Shown here piece by piece: positions 31,781-41,420 of a DNA stretch of 64,000 bases. The notes beneath the pieces are model-generated. The model did no database searches and had not been told where the DNA came from. It was given only the letters and a program-made list of their open reading frames with translations. How positions within the stretch are numbered: the stretch's first letter is position 1; each line of letters begins with the position of its first letter. Where the stretch lies: assembly GCA_035687895.1 (NCBI GenBank), contig DASRUE010000106.1:8696-72695 (forward strand), written 5' to 3'. Source of the stretch: Bacteroidota bacterium (GTDB taxonomy: Bacteria > Bacteroidota > Ignavibacteria > UBA10030 > UBA6906). The translations under genes were made by a program, and so were the position numbers.

Positions 31781-33982
31781 GTGATCGGTCACGTAAAAAA
31801 AACCTCCATGTTTAGGCGCTCCCCAAATATGCCCCAACAGCCCGGTCTAACAGTCCTGCCGGTGAAGGAATCGCTCGCGCGCATCCTAACGCTGAAGATT
31901 GGATTTCTACTTTTCTTTGTGGTGGTCGGCCTCCGACTCTTACAAATTCAGGTAAAAGATGCATCGGTGTATCAGGGAATTGCAAAGCGCCAATACGAGT
32001 CGAAAGTGATCCTACCTGCCACGCGCGGGAACATCTATGATCGAAATGGAAGAATCCTCGTCTCGAACTCAATGTTCGTCTCTTTTGCTGCCGATCCATG
32101 GATCGTGGGGTCAAGCGCGGGGGAAATTGCAAGTCGATTTGCGCGAACATTCGGAAAACCAAGAGAATCATATTTGTCAAAACTGAACGATCGATCCCGA
32201 CGGTTTGTCTGGCTTGAGCGCCGCGCCCGTCCAGAGATCGCACGCCAGATCAATGCCAGCGAGTTCGAAGGTGTGATTCAGTTGGACGAGCCGAAACGGA
32301 TCTATCACCACGATCACGTCGGTGGACAGATGATCGGATTCACCGATGTGGACAACAACGGGTTGAGCGGCATTGAACTTCAATTCAACCGGCTGCTGAA
32401 AGGCACCGATGGGTACGTGATCATGCAGCGTGACGGGCTAGGTCGAAAGCGTCCCTCTGTTGATTACCCGCGCGTTGAGCCCGCCAACGGGCACAACATT
32501 GTCCTCACAATTGACCTCGACTATCAGGCGATTGCAGAGGATGAGCTTCGGAAGGGTACCGAACGGAACAAAGCCGAAAGTGGGTTGGTGGTAATGATAG
32601 AGCCATCCTCCGGTGAGGTGCTTGCGATGGCGAACTACCCAGGCATTGACCCAAACAACGTGAGCAAAACGGATCCGTTGCTGTTAAAGAACAGAACACT
32701 GACTGATGTGTTTGAGCCGGGGTCTGTATTCAAAATAGTAACCGTCTCGGCAGCATTGGAGCATGGGCTTATTACTTCCGATCAGAGATTCTTCGCGGAG
32801 AACGGAGAGTATGTTGTCACGTTTGCAGGGGGAAAGAAACGGACCATTACCGATACTCACCAGTACGGTATGATTACATTGCGCGAAGCGATGGAGCACT
32901 CGAGCAACATCGTAATGGCAAAAGTGTCCGACATTCTCGGCGCAGAACTGCTTTACACCACGGCACGGGACTTTGGGTTTGGTACGGCAACCGGCATTGA
33001 ACTCGGCGGCGAAGTGGATGGGGAGTTGAAGAGGCCGAGTCAGTGGTCCGGTGCGACGTTGAATAGTATGGCATATGGCTACGAAGTTGCTGTCACTCCT
33101 CTCCAGATCGCGGCGGCATATTCTGTGGTGGCTGCTGGCGGTATGCTGATGAAGCCGTTTATATTGAAGCAGGAACTGGATGAACATAGTGAAGTGGTTG
33201 CTGAAACGCGTCGGCAGACCATTCGACGGGTTATCTCGAAAGAAACGGCACAGACTCTAACCTCTTTTCTCGAAGGTGTGGTTGATCACGGGACGGGAGT
33301 GTCGGCACGCCTCGATCACATCCGGGTCGCTGGCAAAACCGGCACATCGCGCAAGGTTATCGACGGCAAGTATGAACCAGGCAACTACACGGCGTCATTT
33401 GCAGGGTTCTTGCCCACCGACGGTCCTAAAGTCGTATGTCTGGCTATGCTGGACAATCCGCGGGAGGGGGGCTATACGGGTGGGCTCGCTAGCGCGCCAA
33501 TCTTCAAAGGAATTGCGGAGAAAGTCGCGTCGACATCAGAGCGCTTTATGCAGACCAGCCCCGTGGTTATTGCGGGAAGACAGTTATTAGCCGTGCCCGA
33601 TGTAGGAAGCTTAAGCGCCGACGTGGCAACGACGATGCTCGATGCAAGAGGATTCCGCGTGGAAACACGGGGGGATGGAAAGATCGTTCTGAGGCAATCC
33701 CCCAGCCCCGGGACAAAAATCCAACGAGGCGGATTGGTGAAACTCTCCACCGAGGAGGTTGGCAGGGCCGTTTCTCATGGGTACACCCGCGTGCCTGATA
33801 TTCGTGGATTAACCGTTCGCCGCGCCATCAACCGTCTCACAACGCAGCAACTGGATGTGACTCTCCACGGCTCCGGCATCGTCAAGTCGCAAAGTCCTCC
33901 TGCGGGAGAGGTAGTCAAAATCGGATCGCGCATAGTTGCTTGGTGTGAGCCAAAGAATCTAGGTGTGTTCACGTTCTACTAA
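31781..33982 (+). CDS. ftsI: peptidoglycan D,D-transpeptidase FtsI (class B PBP) with two C-terminal PASTA domains
   Basis: N-terminal TM, PBP dimerisation domain, transpeptidase motifs (SVFK, SSN, KTGT) and two ~65-aa PASTA-like repeats near the C-terminus (..VPDVGSLSADVATTMLDARGF.. and ..VPDIRGLTVRRAINRLTTQQL..). Confidence 0.85.
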   Translation: MIGHVKKTSMFRRSPNMPQQPGLTVLPVKESLARILTLKIGFLLFFVVVGLRLLQIQVKDASVYQGIAKRQYESKVILPATRGNIYDRNGRILVSNSMFVSFAADPWIVGSSAGEIASRFARTFGKPRESYLSKLNDRSRRFVWLERRARPEIARQINASEFEGVIQLDEPKRIYHHDHVGGQMIGFTDVDNNGLSGIELQFNRLLKGTDGYVIMQRDGLGRKRPSVDYPRVEPANGHNIVLTIDLDYQAIAEDELRKGTERNKAESGLVVMIEPSSGEVLAMANYPGIDPNNVSKTDPLLLKNRTLTDVFEPGSVFKIVTVSAALEHGLITSDQRFFAENGEYVVTFAGGKKRTITDTHQYGMITLREAMEHSSNIVMAKVSDILGAELLYTTARDFGFGTATGIELGGEVDGELKRPSQWSGATLNSMAYGYEVAVTPLQIAAAYSVVAAGGMLMKPFILKQELDEHSEVVAETRRQTIRRVISKETAQTLTSFLEGVVDHGTGVSARLDHIRVAGKTGTSRKVIDGKYEPGNYTASFAGFLPTDGPKVVCLAMLDNPREGGYTGGLASAPIFKGIAEKVASTSERFMQTSPVVIAGRQLLAVPDVGSLSADVATTMLDARGFRVETRGDGKIVLRQSPSPGTKIQRGGLVKLSTEEVGRAVSHGYTRVPDIRGLTVRRAINRLTTQQLDVTLHGSGIVKSQSPPAGEVVKIGSRIVAWCEPKNLGVFTFY

Positions 33983-34107
33983 AGAGTGTCGCCTGTCCTT
34001 ATCTGTTATTTGACAATCCCGAGCTTTCCGGGCACGGGTCTCGTGATCCGGGGCGATAGCCATGTGTTGGTAACCACTATCTGATCACAATGTGAAGGGG
34101 TTTCCCT

Positions 34108-34788
34108 ATGTCGCTTTTCTCCGTTATTGACCGTGTGCTCGAAGAACGAAACATGCTCCATCACCCATTCTACAAAGCATGGAATAATGGCTCGCTCACG
34201 CAGGAGATGCTCAAGGACTACGCGTGTCAGTACTACCATTTCGTGAAGGACTTTCCCCGCATGGTGAGCGCAGTTCATTCCAATACTCCTGAGCTTGCTG
34301 CCCGACAGGAGTTGTTAAGGAATCTCATAGACGAGGAACAGGGGAATGAGAATCATCCTGCGCTCTGGATGAAGTTTGCCACAGCCATGGGTGCAAGTGA
34401 GGCGGAACTAGACAGAACCATACCATTGCCAACAACGACAGCTCTTGTGGGAACAATGATGAACACGTGCCGTCAGGGTTCGTTTCAAGAAGGTTTGGCG
34501 GCGCTCTATGCATACGAAGCACAAATCCCTGAAGTATCGCGTACCAAGATCGAAGGACTGAAGAAATTCTACGGCATTACCAATACTGACGCGATCAAGT
34601 TCTTTACTGTCCACCAGGAAGCAGATGTGTATCACTCTCGATCTGAGCGAGAAATGATCGAGAAGAATACACCGCCGGAACTCGCAGAAGCCGTGCAGCG
34701 CGCGTCAACAGAGACAACCGAAGCGCTCTGGAGATTCCTTGACGGTGTATATGCAGCGTACGTTGCAGGCAAAGCCGCCGCCTGCTAG
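34108..34788 (+). CDS. heme-oxygenase-fold protein of the PqqC/CADD/TenA family, inserted in the dcw cluster
   Basis: HHPFYKAWNNGSLTQEMLKDYACQYYHFVKDFPRMVS.. and acidic/His motifs (..IDEEQGNENHP.., ..FTVHQEADVYHSR..) are typical of PqqC/CADD-like diiron or cofactor-less oxygenase-like proteins. Confidence 0.6.
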   Translation: MSLFSVIDRVLEERNMLHHPFYKAWNNGSLTQEMLKDYACQYYHFVKDFPRMVSAVHSNTPELAARQELLRNLIDEEQGNENHPALWMKFATAMGASEAELDRTIPLPTTTALVGTMMNTCRQGSFQEGLAALYAYEAQIPEVSRTKIEGLKKFYGITNTDAIKFFTVHQEADVYHSRSEREMIEKNTPPELAEAVQRASTETTEALWRFLDGVYAAYVAGKAAAC

Positions 34789-34817
34789 CGTATCGGAGAG
34801 AAAAGAGTCTGGGAGAT

Positions 34818-36326
34818 ATGACGCTATCAAAGGTGCTGGAGGGTGTTGCCGTGACCAAACTCTTCCAGACGATGTATGGAAAAATGGTGGTGACGCATGA
34901 GGTGGAGATTAGCGGGATTCAGTACGACTCGCGGAAGATGGCGCGTGATGAGGTGTTTGTAGCCATCCGCGGTACCGCCACAGATGGTCACAACTTCATC
35001 AACGCTGCCATCGGCAAGGGTGCAAAGGCCGTCGTGGTGGAGGACGATTCCGCCATACCAGACTCTCTGTTCATGCATGCCGGAGTAGTCAAGATCGTGG
35101 TTCACGATTCACGCAAAGCGCTTGCGCAGATATCGGCTAACTTCTACGGGCACCCTTCGCGCCGACTGACACTGGTCGGCGTGACGGGGACGAATGGAAA
35201 GACGACCACGACTTATCTGATCAAGTCGATTCTTGAAGCGCGTGGCGACAAGGTGGGTCTGATAGGCACGATCGAGTACAAAATTGGAGATGAGACGATC
35301 CCAGCAACACACACAACACCGGAATCGCTGGAGTTGAACCAATTGCTCGCCTCAATGGTCGACAATGGCTGCTCTGCTGTGGTGATGGAGGTTTCCTCGC
35401 ACTCGCTGCAGATGCGCCGTGTGCATGGATTGGATTTTTCAACGGCAGCGTTTACGAACCTCACGCAGGATCACCTGGACTTCCATGGCACCATGGAGGA
35501 GTATTTCAAGGCGAAGCAGATTCTCTTCAACGAACTGAACAGCAGCGCTACAGCGGTGACAAACGCCGACGACAGATTTGGGATGAAGATGATTGAAAAG
35601 ACGCAGGCCGGACGTCTCAGCTATGGCTTAAGTTCTGTGGCTGATATTCGGGCCGAGGATGTTCGGATGAACGCCCACGGTACAACGCTTATGGTGGCAT
35701 ACAAAGGCGGTCGGCAACAGATTCAATCATCGTTGACAGGCAGGTTCAACGTGGCCAACATCTCCGCCGCTTATGCCGCCGGTGTTGCGCTGGGGATTCC
35801 CACGGAATCCATTCGGGTGGGGATCGCGAAGATTCGCTCCGTCCGCGGACGCTTCGAGCAGATTGTCTCCACCCGTGGTTGGACAGCCGTTGTGGACTAC
35901 GCACACACACCCGATGCGCTGGAGAACTGCCTTCGGACGATTCATGACATCCTTCCAGAACGCAGAGGCAATTGCATTCTTACGGTCTTTGGCTGCGGCG
36001 GCAACAGGGACAAGGGGAAGCGGCCAACGATGGGAGCGATCGCGTCATCCCTTAGCGACGTTACCATCATTACTTCTGACAACCCTCGAAAGGAAGACCC
36101 GCAAACCATCATTGATGAAATCAACATTGGTGTGGTGAAGGGGAAAACGGTAATGATGGAGGTCGACCGTCGTAAGGCAATTGTGATGGCACTGGAGTTG
36201 GCGCAGGAGGGGGATGTTGTCCTGATCGCCGGGAAAGGACACGAAGACTACCAGGTAATCGGGGAAGCGAAACATCATTTTGATGATCGGGAGGAAGTGG
36301 AACAGTATATCCGAAACCATCCGTGA
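34818..36326 (+). CDS. murE: UDP-N-acetylmuramoyl-L-alanyl-D-glutamate--2,6-diaminopimelate ligase
   Basis: Mur ligase P-loop GVTGTNGKTTTT, and a DNPR motif (TSDNPRKEDP) consistent with meso-DAP specificity. Confidence 0.9.
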   Translation: MTLSKVLEGVAVTKLFQTMYGKMVVTHEVEISGIQYDSRKMARDEVFVAIRGTATDGHNFINAAIGKGAKAVVVEDDSAIPDSLFMHAGVVKIVVHDSRKALAQISANFYGHPSRRLTLVGVTGTNGKTTTTYLIKSILEARGDKVGLIGTIEYKIGDETIPATHTTPESLELNQLLASMVDNGCSAVVMEVSSHSLQMRRVHGLDFSTAAFTNLTQDHLDFHGTMEEYFKAKQILFNELNSSATAVTNADDRFGMKMIEKTQAGRLSYGLSSVADIRAEDVRMNAHGTTLMVAYKGGRQQIQSSLTGRFNVANISAAYAAGVALGIPTESIRVGIAKIRSVRGRFEQIVSTRGWTAVVDYAHTPDALENCLRTIHDILPERRGNCILTVFGCGGNRDKGKRPTMGAIASSLSDVTIITSDNPRKEDPQTIIDEINIGVVKGKTVMMEVDRRKAIVMALELAQEGDVVLIAGKGHEDYQVIGEAKHHFDDREEVEQYIRNHP

Positions 36327-37732
36327 AGCTCAACGCAAAAGACCTTTCGACGCTGAAGCATATCGAGTTTCACGGGAAGGACCGGCTGAAGAAAACTAAG
36401 ATTGTCGGAGTGTCCACGGATTCACGGACGGTTACGGCCGGGGATCTCTTCATTGCTCTGAAGGGAGAACACTTCGACGCGCACACATTCATCAATGATG
36501 TGTTCTCTCGAGGTGCCGTGGCTGCAATTGTCAACGCCTCGGCCAACGTCGCGGTTACACCGGACCGGACATTACTCGTTGTGGAGGATACGACACGGAC
36601 GCTTGGCGAGCTTGCGCATGTGTATCGCCTCAGGTTTGATCTTCCCGTGGTTGCTATCGGCGGAAGTAACGGAAAGACCACTACGAAAGAAATGGTAACA
36701 CAGGTTTTGAACTCGACCTACATGACGTTGGGTACCGAAGGGAATCTCAACAACCATATCGGGGTTCCACAGACCCTGTTCCGCCTCCGCAAGAAACACG
36801 ACGTTGCTGTGGTGGAGATCGGGACAAATCATCCCGGTGAGATAAACTATCTTTGTCAGATGATCGAGCCGACCCATGGATTGATTACCAACATCGGGAG
36901 AGAGCATCTGGAATTCTTCAAGACGCTTGATGGTGTTGCAACCGAGGAAGGCGGTCTCTTTGAACGCCTTAGAACCAGAAAGAAAGCAATTGCTTTCGTC
37001 AATGCCGACGATGAGCGGGTTGTTGGGCTCTCCAAGGGGATGAAGAAGCGCATCACGTACGGGTTCACAGCTCGTCGCGTTGATGTCCGTGGGAAGAGAA
37101 TCGGGATGAATGATGAGGGCTGCGTCCGGTTTCAGTTTTCCGGTGGACGTCAGAAGAAACCCGTCGCCGTCCAGTTGAACATTCCGGGAGAGCACAACGC
37201 GCTGAACGCACTGGCGGCTGCTGCAGTTGGGCTGACATTCCAGGTTCCCGCAAAAAGGATCGCCAAAACGCTGGAAGCCGTTCACCCCACAAGCAAACGG
37301 ATGGAGGTGCTTAATTTTGGCGGGGTTGTCATCTTCAACGATACGTACAATGCAAATCCGGACTCGATGGTCGCTGCCCTGCAGACACTCGCGAATGCCC
37401 GGGTTTCAGGAAATCGCATTGCCGTCCTGGCGGACATGCGTGAACTGGGTGAGGTGGCGCCGGCAGAACACCGCAGGGTGGGCGAACATGTAAAGAAGCT
37501 CGGCATCAACTATCTGTTGACTTTTGGCGATTTAAGCCGTCAGATTTATGAGGCGGCCGGCATTCCCAATGCATTCCACTACGACCAGAAAAACATGCTG
37601 GCGGAGTACCTTGCAGAGCTGATCGCACCCGGAGACGCAGTGTTAATCAAGGGATCCCGGGGAATGAAGATGGAAGATGTCGTTTTCTTTCTCGAGGAGC
37701 GTCTGCAATCGGCAGTCGTTCCGTTCGGGTAA
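36323..37732 (+). CDS. murF: UDP-N-acetylmuramoyl-tripeptide--D-alanyl-D-alanine ligase
   Basis: Mur ligase P-loop IGGSNGKTTTKEM and the MurF C-terminal domain; GTGA start-stop overlap with murE. Confidence 0.9.
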   Translation: MKLNAKDLSTLKHIEFHGKDRLKKTKIVGVSTDSRTVTAGDLFIALKGEHFDAHTFINDVFSRGAVAAIVNASANVAVTPDRTLLVVEDTTRTLGELAHVYRLRFDLPVVAIGGSNGKTTTKEMVTQVLNSTYMTLGTEGNLNNHIGVPQTLFRLRKKHDVAVVEIGTNHPGEINYLCQMIEPTHGLITNIGREHLEFFKTLDGVATEEGGLFERLRTRKKAIAFVNADDERVVGLSKGMKKRITYGFTARRVDVRGKRIGMNDEGCVRFQFSGGRQKKPVAVQLNIPGEHNALNALAAAAVGLTFQVPAKRIAKTLEAVHPTSKRMEVLNFGGVVIFNDTYNANPDSMVAALQTLANARVSGNRIAVLADMRELGEVAPAEHRRVGEHVKKLGINYLLTFGDLSRQIYEAAGIPNAFHYDQKNMLAEYLAELIAPGDAVLIKGSRGMKMEDVVFFLEERLQSAVVPFG

Positions 37733-37748
37733 TCCCTTATGGAGAGTA

Positions 37749-38873
37749 ATGCTGTACTACTTCCTAGAATTTCTTGAACGGACGTATGATCCTCCCGGCT
37801 TCGGCCTGATTCGGTTCATCACATTCCGTGCGGCGGCGGCGGCGGTGACGGCGCTTGTTATTGCATTCTGGTTGGGCCCGAAAATCATCCGGAAGCTGAA
37901 GGAAAAGCAAATCGGAGAGTCTGCCAAGTTGGATGCCCCGAAGACCCACCTGACCAAAGCCGGGACCCCAACGATGGGTGGCCTCATAGTGCTTGCATCG
38001 GTGCTGATCCCGACGGTTCTCTGGGGGAACATCGGCAATGTATATATCATGATGATCGTGTTTGTCACCGCGGTGCTCGGGGCAGTTGGGTTTCTGGATG
38101 ATTACCTGAAAGTGGTCAAGAAAAAACCGAAAGGGTTAATTGGACGATACAAGATTGTCGGGCAGGTGTTCGTTGGGTTGGTGGTGGGCGGGGTGATTTA
38201 TTTCTTCCCACATTGGATCGATCCTGATCTCTGGAAGATCAATTCATCCACAACGGTGCCCTTCTTTAAGAACAGGGAGTTTGACTTCGGGGTTCTCTAC
38301 ATCCCCCTTGTGGTATTCATCATTACGGCAACATCCAATGCCGTCAATCTCACGGATGGACTTGACGGTCTCGCTATTGGGATTGTCGGTATCGTTGCGT
38401 TGACCCTTGCAGTGATCAGCTACATCTCCGGGAACGCTCTTTTGAGTAACTATCTGACGATCCCGTTCTTGCGGGGGAATGGTGAGCTTGCCGTGTACTG
38501 TGCTGCCCTCGTTGGTGCCGCGCTCGGGTTTCTCTGGTTCAACGCATATCCGGCGCAGGTCTTCATGGGCGACACCGGATCGTTGGCGCTTGGTGGTGCA
38601 ATCGGGGCAATCTGTGTGCTCATTAAGAAGGAGCTGCTTCTTCCGACACTGGGCGGAGTGTTCCTTGCGGAAACACTGTCGGTGATCATCCAGCGCGCGT
38701 ATTTCAAGTACACAAAGAAACGATACGGTGAGGGGCGAAGGATCTTCAAGATGGCTCCCCTGCATCATCATTTTGAAATGCTGGGCTGGCCGGAACCCAA
38801 GATCGTGGCACGTTTTTACATCATTGCAATTCTGACGATGATCGTGAGCCTCGCAACATTCAAGGTGAGATAG
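37749..38873 (+). CDS. mraY: phospho-N-acetylmuramoyl-pentapeptide transferase
   Basis: 10-TM protein with MraY conserved motifs (..NAVNLTDGLDGLAIG.., ..FMGDTGSLALGG..). ATG at 37749 with GGAGAG upstream; the track start 37677 lies inside murF. Confidence 0.9.
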   Translation: MLYYFLEFLERTYDPPGFGLIRFITFRAAAAAVTALVIAFWLGPKIIRKLKEKQIGESAKLDAPKTHLTKAGTPTMGGLIVLASVLIPTVLWGNIGNVYIMMIVFVTAVLGAVGFLDDYLKVVKKKPKGLIGRYKIVGQVFVGLVVGGVIYFFPHWIDPDLWKINSSTTVPFFKNREFDFGVLYIPLVVFIITATSNAVNLTDGLDGLAIGIVGIVALTLAVISYISGNALLSNYLTIPFLRGNGELAVYCAALVGAALGFLWFNAYPAQVFMGDTGSLALGGAIGAICVLIKKELLLPTLGGVFLAETLSVIIQRAYFKYTKKRYGEGRRIFKMAPLHHHFEMLGWPEPKIVARFYIIAILTMIVSLATFKVR

Positions 38874-38878
38874 ACGCC

Positions 38879-40243
38879 TTGCAACAGCGAGTGATTCAGG
38901 GGAAGCGGTTCAGCGTGATCGGTGCGGCACGGAGCGGGATTGCGGTGGCCAGACTGTTGAAGGCGCGAGGAGCGGAAGTCTTCGTGAGCGATCAGGCGGC
39001 AGCCACGAAGATGCAACCAGTGATTGCAGAGCTGGAGAAACTACATGTCGCATATGAGTTTGGTGGCAACACTTCAAAGGTACTGGATGCGGATGTCGTT
39101 GTGCTGAGTCCCGGAGTCCCATCGGACTCGCGGATTGTCGTACAGGCAAAAGGTGCGGGGCGCAGCGTCGTGAGCGAGATCGAAGCGGCGAGCTGGTTTT
39201 GTCCAGGACCAATTGTGGCAATCACCGGGACAAACGGAAAGACGACAACGACAACACTGGTGGGCAGGATTTTTGAAGATGCGAAGAAACCGGCAATGGT
39301 GGCAGGTAACATTGGACTGGCTTTCTCGCAAGTGGTAGATCAAGTCACGGAACAGAGCACGGCGATTCTTGAAGTGAGCAGCTTTCAGCTCGACCATATT
39401 GAGACGTTCAGGCCAAAAGTAGCTGTCTGGCTGAACGTGACCCCGGACCATCTTGACAGGTACGAGAATAACTACGAGAAATATATCGCGGCCAAGCGCC
39501 GCGTGTTTGAGAATCAGAGACGCGGAGATACTCTGGTGTACAACGCAGACGATGAAGTGGAAGCCGTGCATGTCCACCAACGAATCAACGCGGACGTAAC
39601 TTTGCTGCCGTTCAGTACAAGAAAACAACTGGAGGTCGGTGCATTTGTAGATCAGGGCATGGTGAAAGCACGTGTACGGGGACGTGAGTCTGATGTTATC
39701 CCGGTGAAGGACATTAGCATTCCGGGAGAGCACAATCTATCCAATGCGCTCGCTGCGGTCCTTGTTTCGCAGGTCATGGGGGTATCGACTGCGTCGATTC
39801 GTGCCACCCTCAAGAACTTCAAAGGTGTCGAACACCGATTGGAGTTCGTGCAGAGCGTTCAGGGTGTAAGCTATGTTAATGACTCAAAAGCCACCAACGT
39901 GGACTCGGTCTGGTATGCACTACAGAGCTTCGAATCGCCCATTGTGCTGTTGCTTGGAGGGCGGGACAAAGGAAACGACTATTCTCGGTTGGTCGACCTT
40001 GTTCGCAAACACGTGAAAGCAATCGTTGCCATCGGTGAATCTGTCGGCAAAGTGGTGGACGCTTTCAGCACGATCACACAGGTTACGACCGCGAGTGACA
40101 TGAAGGCGGCGGTGCAGGCTGCGGCATCACTGGCCGCAGTCGGAGATGTCGTCCTCCTCTCCCCGGCGTGTGCGTCATTTGATTGGTTCGAGAACTACGA
40201 GCATCGAGGGCGCGTGTTCAAGGAATTGGTAAGAGCATTGTGA
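38879..40243 (+). CDS. murD: UDP-N-acetylmuramoylalanine--D-glutamate ligase
   Basis: N-terminal Rossmann VIGAARSGIAVARLL and Mur ligase P-loop ITGTNGKTTTTTL. TTG at 38879; an alternative GTG is at 38891. Confidence 0.9.
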   Translation: MQQRVIQGKRFSVIGAARSGIAVARLLKARGAEVFVSDQAAATKMQPVIAELEKLHVAYEFGGNTSKVLDADVVVLSPGVPSDSRIVVQAKGAGRSVVSEIEAASWFCPGPIVAITGTNGKTTTTTLVGRIFEDAKKPAMVAGNIGLAFSQVVDQVTEQSTAILEVSSFQLDHIETFRPKVAVWLNVTPDHLDRYENNYEKYIAAKRRVFENQRRGDTLVYNADDEVEAVHVHQRINADVTLLPFSTRKQLEVGAFVDQGMVKARVRGRESDVIPVKDISIPGEHNLSNALAAVLVSQVMGVSTASIRATLKNFKGVEHRLEFVQSVQGVSYVNDSKATNVDSVWYALQSFESPIVLLLGGRDKGNDYSRLVDLVRKHVKAIVAIGESVGKVVDAFSTITQVTTASDMKAAVQAAASLAAVGDVVLLSPACASFDWFENYEHRGRVFKELVRAL

Positions 40244-41415
40244 AGACGCAACGAAACCATATTGATCTAGCAACATTAGTTGCTGTTCTGGTACTCATGG
40301 TGTTGAGTCTCGGGGTCGTGTACAGTGCAAGTTCCACCTGGGCGCTGGAAAAATTTGGTGAGAGCGGCAAACTGCTTGGGAGCCACGCCATCAAGGTTGT
40401 CGCGGGGTTCGCAGCGATTTTTATTTTCATGAGCGTTGATTATAGAGTCTACAAGAAGATCACCAAGCCGATTCTGCTCGGGACGATCCTTCTTCTGCTT
40501 ATTACTCTTGTTCTGGGCGGGGAAGTCAAGGGCGCGACGCGTTGGCTCCGATTTGGAGGTTTCGGTCTGCAACCTTCTGAGTTTGCAAAGTACGCACTCA
40601 TTTTTCATCTCTGTGTCCTGATCTCCGAAAAGAAGGAGCGAATCAAGGACTTCAAGACCGGGTTCATCCCAATGATGATCTGGATCGGGAGCGTGACTCT
40701 TCTCGTGCTGCTGCAGCCGAACTTCAGCAACGGTGTAATGATCTTTGCGATCAGCCTGGTGATGCTGTTCATCGGGCGGGCGAAGCTTTCCCATATAGGG
40801 CTGACCTTTGCTGCTTTGCTGCCGCTGTTGATTGTCTATATGCTCAGCGCAGAGTATCGCATGCGGCGGATTTTGAATTTCATTGCCGGGACCGGCGACA
40901 CCGGGAACAAGGGCAATTATCAACTCTGGCAGGGGATCATAGGTTTTGGGAACGGAGGAGTTTTCGGACTGGGACCCGGTCAAAGCCGACAACGCGATTT
41001 CTTCCTTCCGGAATCATACGGGGATTTCGTGTTCTCGATCGTTGGTGAGGAGTATGGATTGATTGGGACGCTCTTTATCATGCTCTTGTTCCTGACGATC
41101 ATGCTCCGGGGGATGAAGATCGCCAAATACGCACGAGATGATTTTGGACGTTACCTTGCGGTTGGTATTACGACTTCCATTTGCTTGTATGCACTAATCA
41201 ACGCGGGTGTCACGCTCGGGATCCTACCCACAACCGGGCTCCCGATGCCGTTTGTCAGTTATGGCGGCTCCTCGATGCTCTTCTCATCGATCGCAATCGG
41301 TGTGCTGCTCAACATCTCGTCGCAAACGGATATACATCCACGGCTGATTCAGACACCGGAAGGCGTTCGACCGCTGGAGCCAAGGCAGACGGCGGCCGTT
41401 GGGAAAGTGTACTGA
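40240..41415 (+). CDS. ftsW: peptidoglycan glycosyltransferase FtsW (SEDS family)
   Basis: Polytopic SEDS membrane protein (..GATRWLRFGGFGLQPSEFAKYALIF..). GTG at 40240 overlaps the murD stop as GTGA; the track start 40183 lies inside murD. Confidence 0.85.
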   Translation: MKTQRNHIDLATLVAVLVLMVLSLGVVYSASSTWALEKFGESGKLLGSHAIKVVAGFAAIFIFMSVDYRVYKKITKPILLGTILLLLITLVLGGEVKGATRWLRFGGFGLQPSEFAKYALIFHLCVLISEKKERIKDFKTGFIPMMIWIGSVTLLVLLQPNFSNGVMIFAISLVMLFIGRAKLSHIGLTFAALLPLLIVYMLSAEYRMRRILNFIAGTGDTGNKGNYQLWQGIIGFGNGGVFGLGPGQSRQRDFFLPESYGDFVFSIVGEEYGLIGTLFIMLLFLTIMLRGMKIAKYARDDFGRYLAVGITTSICLYALINAGVTLGILPTTGLPMPFVSYGGSSMLFSSIAIGVLLNISSQTDIHPRLIQTPEGVRPLEPRQTAAVGKVY

Positions 41416-41420
41416 AACAC

